From contig JBEIPA010000041.1 of NCBI GenBank assembly GCA_040377305.1, forward strand, positions 1 to 35,271: a stretch of DNA of 35,271 nucleotides. The letters run 5' to 3'. Origin of the DNA: Flavobacteriales bacterium (lineage in GTDB: Bacteria; Bacteroidota; Bacteroidia; Palsa-965). The position numbers were made by a program, and so were the translations under genes. This document shows, piece by piece, positions 28,387 to 35,271 of this stretch. Under the pieces are notes generated by a model that saw only the letters and a list, made by a program, of their open reading frames with translations, was not told the origin of the DNA and ran no database searches. Positions within the stretch are counted from its first letter, which is position 1. Every line of letters begins with the position of its first letter.

Positions 28387-28501
28387 TTAGGTAGGTAGTT
28401 GGTTATCGGGCGCCAAAGTATTGACGTTTAATGATCCGACACAAACGGTTTACGAAAATTTGGGAAGAGTATGCAAATTTTGGGACGATTGCCTTCGCTG
28501 C

Positions 28502-28924
28502 TTAGTCGGCTTGCTTTGATCTATTCGCAGACGATGAAGAAAGATACCACTGTACAACTCCAAGTAAAACGATGCAACAGACGATACTCACTCTTTGTAT
28601 TGGTGAAACAGGATCTATCCATTCACCATTCCATGGTATTCTGAAGGAAGATCTGTAGAGATTTCCGAAGAAGAAGTGAAAGATCAGGTAGCTGAAAATT
28701 GCAATAGCTGCGTTGGCGGGAAATTGACGAGGATTTCTTCTTCGTGCGAGGAAATAATTTACTCCAATCATCCACACAAGGTTTCCATAGATGCAGATGT
28801 AGAAAAGAAGACGCTGTGAATCGCGAACGGCATCGTCTGTATTGTCGTAGTAGGGCAAACAAATGAAATAGAGAAATACCGAAGGAGCGAGGGTGCAGAT
28901 TATGACTTTCAACCAGTAGCTCAT
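28502..28924 (-). CDS. small membrane protein
   Basis: 4 hydrophobic segments; ATGA overlap with the upstream gene. Confidence 0.7.
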   Translation of the reverse strand: MSYWLKVIICTLAPSVFLYFICLPYYDNTDDAVRDSQRLLFYICIYGNLVWMIGVNYFLARRRNPRQFPANAAIAIFSYLIFHFFFGNLYRSSFRIPWNGEWIDPVSPIQRVSIVCCIVLLGVVQWYLSSSSANRSKQAD

Positions 28925-29394
28925 TCTTCGATGACTTGAATGGCATTGCTCATTGCTTCCTCGAGGTACTGAACGGTTACTTTCACATTGACATTGAATA
29001 CTCCTGCGCTGTCTTTTTCATACGCGTCGCGCCACAGCTTGTAGCCATCCATAAAAGGAGGAACTGTATGGTCTGCTGAAATTAATGTGGTTACACTGCT
29101 ATCGAGCGATGCCCATTTCATTGGAAGATGTTCAGCTTCATGAGAAACGCCAGCTGGAATATTTGGATTGATCACGTTGATATCATTGAGCCGAATGTGA
29201 ACGATTTTTCCGTCTTCAGGAAAGCTGTCGATTTTCAGAATGGTGAGCGTTGAACCTTCTTCTCCGGGACGTGTGTCGTAGTGCCAGACCTGACCGGGGA
29301 TGAACTTTTCGGTTGAGGGTTTGTCTCCTGATGATGTGCAGGATGACAAAACAACAACTGCCAATCCGATGACTACTGATGAGGTTAAATCCAT
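28921..29394 (-). CDS. lipoprotein of unknown function
   Basis: VLSSC lipobox; GQVWHY.TRPGEE.S.L.ILKID, H.P, F.DGY..W. Confidence 0.75.
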   Translation of the reverse strand: MDLTSSVVIGLAVVVLSSCTSSGDKPSTEKFIPGQVWHYDTRPGEEGSTLTILKIDSFPEDGKIVHIRLNDINVINPNIPAGVSHEAEHLPMKWASLDSSVTTLISADHTVPPFMDGYKLWRDAYEKDSAGVFNVNVKVTVQYLEEAMSNAIQVIEE

Positions 29395-29795
29395 GAAGCC
29401 AATTTTGTATTTCTCAATAAATACAGAACATCAATAATTGTCAGGAAGAAAATCAGAAAATTACACAGAGCGGTCGAAATCCAAACCGGATGAATGAACT
29501 GACCGGCAAAACCATATCCGAGCGCTGTGAGAAAAAGGATTGCAAAACCGAATAACGAAAATCCCAGCACCGCTAAATTGGAGAGTATGCCTAACCATTT
29601 AATTCTCCAGAATGCCGGACGAATTTGTCTTATGAGATTCAGTCCAAGTACCAGGAAGATAGCTACAAGGAATATTCCTTCCCAGGGAAATTCATCAGTG
29701 AAGAAGTAGTCAATCGCCAATGAAATTAACAGCACGACCGAAACCAAAGCGCTAATACGTTGAAAGAATTTGAATCTTGATTCTTTGTCGATCAT
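29385..29795 (-). CDS. small 4-TM membrane protein
   Basis: Hydrophobic 136-aa ORF. Confidence 0.7.
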   Translation of the reverse strand: MIDKESRFKFFQRISALVSVVLLISLAIDYFFTDEFPWEGIFLVAIFLVLGLNLIRQIRPAFWRIKWLGILSNLAVLGFSLFGFAILFLTALGYGFAGQFIHPVWISTALCNFLIFFLTIIDVLYLLRNTKLASWI

Positions 29796-29845
29796 GGTAT
29801 TCGTGTTGCCATTAAGAAGATGAGCAGAAATTTCTCAATACTCTA

Positions 29846-30208
29846 TTAGATCAGACTGACTACGAGGCAAACTATTCCGAGAAGTATAAAAACAGGAAAC
29901 CAATACTGGATTTTTATAGTTGCGAACGAATGTGAAGGGCTGTATTGAACTCCAAACAAACGTTGATCGTCTTGGTCATGAGCGCCTACTTCAAAAATAT
30001 CCTTCCAATGAAATTTGCCGGATTGTGCTGAGAATTCATTCTGGCCAGCGTTTAGTTTATTTCCAATCACCCAAATAATCCACCCGGAAATACAGAACAG
30101 AACCAGTTGTCCCAGTCCTACAAAAATACCTTTGAGCTCAAGCGGAAGACCAATTGCTAAAAGAGCAAATACCATGATGATCCAACCTTTTCCTCTCCAG
30201 ACGATCAT
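29846..30208 (-). CDS. small membrane protein
   Basis: MIVWRGKGW N-terminus and HSF..I.IQYW C-terminal motif. Confidence 0.7.
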   Translation of the reverse strand: MIVWRGKGWIIMVFALLAIGLPLELKGIFVGLGQLVLFCISGWIIWVIGNKLNAGQNEFSAQSGKFHWKDIFEVGAHDQDDQRLFGVQYSPSHSFATIKIQYWFPVFILLGIVCLVVSLI

Positions 30209-30211
30209 GTT

Positions 30212-30826
30212 TCAGTATCGTATTTTCTTAGTGACATTTTGCTCGATCTCATATTTTTCTCCGCGCTCTCCGAAATATAGAATGAGACCTGCAGTCTTAC
30301 TCCAGACCATTTCTTTTATGCGAAAACCGGTTTCAGGATAAATATGCGTACAGCTGTTTTTTGGTATCCAGAAACAATCTTTAAAATGATATCCAGAAGT
30401 CAATGTTACAGTAGTGTCAGTGATTTTCCCCCGACTATATTCTAAATTGAAAACGCGCAATACAGGCGGATCCGATTCAACCGTCTTGGTATACTGGATG
30501 AAATAGACTCCGGTGTCAAGTGAGGTGTCGTGCGTAAATGAACTAGTTATAAAGTAAGCTTCACAATCATAGGACGTCACCATCCCGTTACATTTACCGT
30601 CAGGTATTGAATGAATTTTACGGGCAATCAAAAGGGTATCTCGTTTCAGGGAATCGCTGGTCAATGCAAAAACAATGGTGTCGCCTTCTTCGTATGCATC
30701 AGCCCAAAAAGTTTCACCTGGGTCAAATTTCAAGACTATACATTCGCTGCAACCGGTCAAACCGCTCACAGTAATGCAGAATGCAAAACAGAATAAGACA
30801 TGATTTTTTATTTTGATCAGCGGCAT
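30212..30826 (-). CDS. putative lipoprotein
   Basis: LTGC lipobox after a hydrophobic stretch. Confidence 0.7.
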   Translation of the reverse strand: MPLIKIKNHVLFCFAFCITVSGLTGCSECIVLKFDPGETFWADAYEEGDTIVFALTSDSLKRDTLLIARKIHSIPDGKCNGMVTSYDCEAYFITSSFTHDTSLDTGVYFIQYTKTVESDPPVLRVFNLEYSRGKITDTTVTLTSGYHFKDCFWIPKNSCTHIYPETGFRIKEMVWSKTAGLILYFGERGEKYEIEQNVTKKIRY

Positions 30827-30881
30827 TTTGTTATAAACGGTAGAATTTCATTCGACTGCCTACTGCCCAACTGCTAACTGC

Positions 30882-31175
30882 CTACTTCTTCTCCACAACT
30901 TTCGGCACCTTAAAATAATCCGAATCGTGTTTAGGAGCGTTCATCAAAACAGCTTTGTGAGAGAGCGGCTCTTTCACTTCGTCTTCACGTAAATGATTCA
31001 CTTCATCGGTCATGTAGATGAGCGGCTCAATTCCATCGGTATTGATTTCATTGAGTTTCTCTACGAACCCGATCATGTTGTTCATGTCTTTGATCATCTT
31101 CTCTTCTCCTTGCGCGTCAAATTCAAGACGGGCGAGGTGAGCGATGTCACGAACGGTTTTGCTGTCGACTTTCAT
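30882..31175 (-). CDS. gatC: Asp-tRNA(Asn)/Glu-tRNA(Gln) amidotransferase subunit C
   Basis: IAHLARLEF, EKLNEINTDGIEPL, LREDEV, NAP....YFKVPKV. Confidence 0.95.
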   Translation of the reverse strand: MKVDSKTVRDIAHLARLEFDAQGEEKMIKDMNNMIGFVEKLNEINTDGIEPLIYMTDEVNHLREDEVKEPLSHKAVLMNAPKHDSDYFKVPKVVEKK

Positions 31176-31918
31176 TTCTGTTTGAGTTCGTTCAGGATGG
31201 TCTCCCGAACTGAGTGACGCAAAGATACCAAATCTGCCTCAGTGAGTCCCTTCGTGGGAACGGGTTTGTGTACCACGATTTTCGAGATTCCGGGACGACC
31301 GTGTGACTTGAAAAAGCCACCATTCTGTAGCAATCGCCAGTTGTTTTTGAACGTTACGGGCACAATGGGAACCTGGTGTTCAATAGCCATTTTGAACGCA
31401 CCGTTTTTGAATGGCTTCAGGTTTCCTTTCGATTCAATTGTTCCTTCCGGGAAAAGAAAAACGCTCTGACCGCTTCGCAATTTTTCACTCACGGCAAGAA
31501 ATGCGGCATACGAACCCGTGCGCGTTTTCCGGTCGACGTAAATATTCATATCGCGAAAGAAAATCCGGAACAACGGAGCCTTTTCAATTTCAGCTTTGCC
31601 CATGTACACGAAGTATTTCGGAATGGCAACGTAACTCATTACAATGTCGAGATACGATGCATGGTTGGCGACATAGATGCAAGCTTCCGGTAAATCCTCA
31701 GCCGGCGACTCCCGTTTGATGGAAACAAAAACTCCGGGAACGTGTGCAATCCATCGTGCCCAAAGACGCATGAGCTTAAATGCAGAAGTGTAGCGTTCAC
31801 GTTTAGTCAGCAAAACCGCGAATACCGGAAACAACACGACAAGTCCCACAACAAAGTTGAGGATGAAGAAGATTTTCCAGAGTGCACGCGGGAGGAGACC
31901 GGTGTAGTGGGCGAACAT
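31172..31918 (-). CDS. plsC: 1-acyl-sn-glycerol-3-phosphate acyltransferase (PlsC family)
   Basis: NHASYLD (HX4D), FPEGT, PFKNGAF, VPIVPV. Confidence 0.9.
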   Translation of the reverse strand: MFAHYTGLLPRALWKIFFILNFVVGLVVLFPVFAVLLTKRERYTSAFKLMRLWARWIAHVPGVFVSIKRESPAEDLPEACIYVANHASYLDIVMSYVAIPKYFVYMGKAEIEKAPLFRIFFRDMNIYVDRKTRTGSYAAFLAVSEKLRSGQSVFLFPEGTIESKGNLKPFKNGAFKMAIEHQVPIVPVTFKNNWRLLQNGGFFKSHGRPGISKIVVHKPVPTKGLTEADLVSLRHSVRETILNELKQK

Positions 31919-31936
31919 TCTGTAAAGATACCTATT

Positions 31937-32002
31937 CAGTGCGCAGTTTGCAGTACGCAGTACACAGTCAACGACTTACTGCGTACTGGGCAGTGCGAAC
32001 TG
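31937..32002. repeat. heptamer (CAGTNNN) repeat with an inverted arm
   Basis: cagtgcg cagtttg cagtacg cagtaca; CAGTACGCAGTA (31951-31962) is inverted at 31977-31988. Confidence 0.7.
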
Positions 32003-32010
32003 ATTTTCGC

Positions 32011-32018
32011 TACTTTTG
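32011..32018 (+). promoter_or_regulatory. -7 promoter box TACTTTTG for trpS
   Basis: TAnnTTTG 20 nt upstream of the ATG. Confidence 0.6.
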
Positions 32019-32038
32019 GGGCGAAATTCCACTGATAT

Positions 32039-33010
32039 ATGGCACGCATCCTTACCGGCATTCAGGCAACAAATATTCCTCACCTTGGAAATCTCCTCGG
32101 TGCGATAGTTCCTGCAATTGAGCTTTCGAAAGACCCGGCAAACAACAGCATTTATTTTATCGCTGACTTGCATTCACTCACATCAATTAAGGATGCGGAG
32201 TTTCTTCGTGAAAGTCGTTACGCGGTAGCAGCAACATGGTTGGCATTCGGACTCGATACAGAGCGAAATATTCTCTTCAAGCAGAGTGCTGTTCCTGAGG
32301 TAACGGAGCTCACGTGGTACTTGAGCTGCTTTATGTCGTACAACCGTTTGCAACTTGCGCATTCGTTCAAAGACAAATCGGCGCAAGGCATGGATGTGAA
32401 TACAGGTTTGTTTACGTATCCTGTTTTGATGGCTGCAGATATTCTGTTGTACGACACGAATTTTGTTCCTGTTGGAAAAGATCAGAAGCAGCACGTTGAA
32501 TTCACACGCGATCTTGCAGAGAAAGTGAACAATCACTATCAGCAGGAAATATTTGTGGTGCCACACGAGAAGATTGATGAACGTGTGATGATTATTCCCG
32601 GCGTCGACGGACAGAAAATGTCGAAGTCGAAGAACAACTTCATCAATATTTTTCTTCCCGAGAAGGACTTGAAAAAAGTGGTGATGAGTGTTGTTACTGA
32701 TTCGACTCCGATGGAAGCGCCGAAGAATCCGGATACGGACAATGTGTTTTCGCTTTACAAAGTAATTGCAACACCGGAACAAACTGCAGCGCTCCGCGAA
32801 AAGTATCTTGCGGGAAATTTCGGATACGGTCACGCGAAAACAGCTCTGCTCGAATTGATTCTTGATAAGTACAAGAATGAACGTGACGCATACGCACGCT
32901 ACATGAGCGACCGCGGATTACTTGATGCTGAGTTGAAGAAAGGTGCAGAGAAGGCGAGAGTGATTGGAGCGCCGGTGTTGGAGAAGGTGAGAGCGACTAT
33001 GGGGTATTGA
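32039..33010 (+). CDS. trpS: tryptophan--tRNA ligase
   Basis: TGIQ, HLGN, YPVLMAADIL, VPVGKDQKQH, KMSKS. Confidence 0.97.
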   Translation: MARILTGIQATNIPHLGNLLGAIVPAIELSKDPANNSIYFIADLHSLTSIKDAEFLRESRYAVAATWLAFGLDTERNILFKQSAVPEVTELTWYLSCFMSYNRLQLAHSFKDKSAQGMDVNTGLFTYPVLMAADILLYDTNFVPVGKDQKQHVEFTRDLAEKVNNHYQQEIFVVPHEKIDERVMIIPGVDGQKMSKSKNNFINIFLPEKDLKKVVMSVVTDSTPMEAPKNPDTDNVFSLYKVIATPEQTAALREKYLAGNFGYGHAKTALLELILDKYKNERDAYARYMSDRGLLDAELKKGAEKARVIGAPVLEKVRATMGY

Positions 33011-33051
33011 TTGCTGACAGCTGAAAACTGATTTGTAGACCAGATCATATT

Positions 33052-33089
33052 AAAAAAGTCCTCGTAATTCTACGAGGACTTTCTGTTTT
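33052..33089. terminator. bidirectional intrinsic terminator
   Basis: aaagtcctcgta-attc-tacgaggacttt perfect 12-bp stem between convergent genes. Confidence 0.85.
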
Positions 33090-33117
33090 GAATCAGCTAT
33101 CAAATTTCAGCTATCAG

Positions 33118-33588
33118 CTAGCTTCCTGCAGCGTAAGTTCTCTCCGAAATCAAAGTCCCGACTTCATTCCACATTTTCCATGCACCGGTTTTTTCTCCAT
33201 TCGTGTAGTGCATTTCCATGCGAAGATTTCCGTTGTCATCCCATACGTGCCATGCTCCGTCTTTTATTCCAAGCACATAATTCGCGTCGCTGATTTTCAC
33301 GCCGGCATTATTCCATGATTCCCACAGTCCGTTGCGCTGACCATTGAGATAATTTCCGGCTTCCATCTTCGCGCCAGTTTCGTGATAGTAAACTGCGTAA
33401 CCATCGAGCTGACCTTTGATGACATTGAATTCAGCTTTCGTAATTCCGTTTGCAAATTTCTGAGTATAGCTTCCGGTAAATGCAGCGCCGTTTTCATCAA
33501 CATACATTCCGTTTGAAAGAGTTACAGCTTGCGCATTCAATACAGATGCGAAGAGAACAAGAGCGAGAAGGATCAGATTGCGTTTCAT
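33118..33588 (-). CDS. secreted MORN-variant repeat (YwqK-like) protein
   Basis: Signal peptide; repeats G.W..W...G......Y..G.K.G. Confidence 0.85.
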   Translation of the reverse strand: MKRNLILLALVLFASVLNAQAVTLSNGMYVDENGAAFTGSYTQKFANGITKAEFNVIKGQLDGYAVYYHETGAKMEAGNYLNGQRNGLWESWNNAGVKISDANYVLGIKDGAWHVWDDNGNLRMEMHYTNGEKTGAWKMWNEVGTLISERTYAAGS

Positions 33589-33819
33589 AGAAGAGCGGAT
33601 TTTGCGTTCAACACTTTGAGGGTTTATACACCATCACGATACAAATATTCGACCTTCTTTGACCTTCACATAAGGATTACGTAATACTAAGTTAACATTG
33701 CCGTAAATAGCTGTAAATCAGGGATAAAAATTGAGCTGTTGACTAAAAAAAATGAGTTGAGGGGAAGTTAGAGATCGCCGGCGTCTGGATTGGGCCCCGA
33801 AAGCTAACGGGAGGACACT

Positions 33820-34140
33820 CTAACGCTGCTGCATTTCCACGTTAACCTGTGGTTCTGCGTCCTGACCATCAGCAACTACACTTGTTGTCGTGTATGTGAT
33901 GTAGTTGAACTCAAGCGTGTATGTTCCTCCGGGTAATTCAGGAAGGAAGAAGTTGCCGTCGAAGTTGGTATACGTTACAATGTCTGTTCCTTTAACGCGA
34001 ACTTCTACACCAGCAATAGTTTCATTGGAGGTTTTGTCGGTTACAGTGCCGGAAACAAAAATGACAGATGGATTAGGCGCTGCAAACACTGAAGTATTCA
34101 GTGCTAACATGAAGAGAATTGCTGCGAGTGCCTTTTTCAT
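33820..34140 (-). CDS. carboxypeptidase regulatory-like domain protein (single domain, secreted)
   Basis: VSGTVTDKTSNETIAGVEV.VKGT...YTNFDGNF.L..L..GTYTL. Confidence 0.85.
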   Translation of the reverse strand: MKKALAAILFMLALNTSVFAAPNPSVIFVSGTVTDKTSNETIAGVEVRVKGTDIVTYTNFDGNFFLPELPGGTYTLEFNYITYTTTSVVADGQDAEPQVNVEMQQR

Positions 34141-34243
34141 TGCAATACAAAAGTACTGCTGCCGTGTAGAGCGAATTTTAAGCAGGCATGAAGGCTATGT
34201 TAGTAAAGTGCGACCGAATATTACTGGAATGTAAAGTCGCCGG

Positions 34244-34606
34244 CTATTCCACCGGGATATTGCCGCTTAGCGTAACGGGACCATTCGAGCTGAACGAGGC
34301 ATTCTTCCAGAGATTTCCGTTAATGAAAATGTTGCAGTTAAGCGTGAATACCGGCTGTGTACAACCCACGGTGAAGGAAATGTATTGTCCTTGTTTGAGG
34401 GTAATCTTTCCGGAACTGTAAGTAGGTGTGCTGTACTGCGTCACCATTTGTCCTCCAGCGTGATCATTCGTAAACATGATGTCGTATGCCGGAGAAGCTG
34501 CTGAAGTTTCCGTAATGGAATACACCACTTCTGAAGTCGGGACTTCTTTCTTGCATGCGGTGAATGAGAGCGCGAGCAAAACGCAGAGATAGGCAACGGA
34601 CTTCAT
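34244..34606 (-). CDS. small lipoprotein
   Basis: FTACKKE lipobox typical of Bacteroidota. Confidence 0.8.
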   Translation of the reverse strand: MKSVAYLCVLLALSFTACKKEVPTSEVVYSITETSAASPAYDIMFTNDHAGGQMVTQYSTPTYSSGKITLKQGQYISFTVGCTQPVFTLNCNIFINGNLWKNASFSSNGPVTLSGNIPVE

Positions 34607-34690
34607 GTTGCTAGTTTACGGATTATACGCAGTATCAGAAGGGAAGTTTGGCAAATGGACACGTTTAGCCCGTAATTGGACGAAAATGGA

Positions 34691-34795
34691 ACGCGAAATG
34701 GAACGCGGATTTTGATGACCCGTATTTGCGAACACCTTGATGGATGTGCGCGGTAAACAGAACAAGCGCGCATCAGATTTTATGAGATTGATTTG
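34691..34795 (-). repeat. diverged inverted copy of the 108-bp repeat unit
   Basis: ACGCGAAATGGAACGCGGATTT, GGATGTGCGCGGT and TTATGAGATTGATTTG are colinear with the reverse complement of the unit. Confidence 0.7.
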
Positions 34796-34844
34796 TTAGG
34801 CTTATCTCTTGAAATCCAATACAGAGACGTTAAATCTACCGGAG

Positions 34845-35271
34845 TGATCCGACGGAAAAACTAACAACCTTCGTACTTCTAATCCGCTTCACATTCCGCG
34901 TATCAAACCTATCTCATAAGATCAGATTCAGAGTCGAAGTAATCACCGCACAGATCCGAGTGGAAAGCTAACAACCGTCGTACTTCTAAATCCGCGTTCC
35001 ATTCCGCGTAGCAAACCTATCTCATAAGATCAAATTCAGAGTCGAATTAATCACCGCACTGATCCGAGGAGAAAACTAACAACCGTCGTACTTCTAAATC
35101 CGCGTTCCATTCCGCGTATCAAACCTATCTCATAAGATCAGATTCTGAGTCGAAGTAATCACCGCACAGATCCGAGTGGAAAGCTAACAACCGTCGTACT
35201 TCTAAATCCGCGTTCCATTCCGCGTAGCAAACCTATCTCATAAGATCAAATTCAGAGTCGAATTAATCACC
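34845..35271 (+). repeat. non-coding 108-bp tandem repeat, about 4 units, alternating A/B variants, truncated by the window end
   Basis: CTAACAACC starts at 34861, 34968, 35076 and 35184 (periods 107, 108, 108). Confidence 0.92.

Noticed and set aside
30827-30840. ccGTTTATAACAAAATG (minus strand) as another cassette core box
   Set aside because: Only loose similarity to the GTTATAAAGCAATG box in AT-rich DNA; could be chance
30882-31175. gatC without gatA/gatB
   Set aside because: gat genes are often dispersed in Bacteroidota; the partners may lie outside the window
34845-35271. CRISPR or coding-repeat interpretation of the 108-bp repeat
   Set aside because: No unique spacers; recurrent stops in all six frames
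1-35271. Integrase, transposase, tRNA or rRNA genes
   Set aside because: No tyrosine or serine recombinase or DDE motifs in any ORF, and no recognisable structural RNA genes

Overview
Bacteroidota-type genomic window: TAnnTTTG promoter boxes, no consistent Shine-Dalgarno sites, housekeeping genes trpS, gatC, plsC-like, rlmF, bacilliredoxin and an M16 peptidase. Four accessory elements stand out. (1) 161-7351: a two-gene operon of a DNase I-like (EEP) nuclease and a 1934-aa beta-rich protein with a histone H1-like basic tail. (2) 7486-11068: an integron-like array of five minus-strand single-gene cassettes separated by ~90-bp attC-like hairpins. The core boxes match across each cassette rather than within each repeat, there is a distinct leader at the 5' end, and no integrase is in the window. 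(3) About 21-31 kb: a belt of small, mostly minus-strand orphan genes, some carrying isolated relics of the same core boxes. (4) 34691-35271: a non-coding 108-bp alternating A/B tandem repeat preceded by a diverged inverted copy, running off the window end. All product calls come from motif recognition by eye; no database searches were run.
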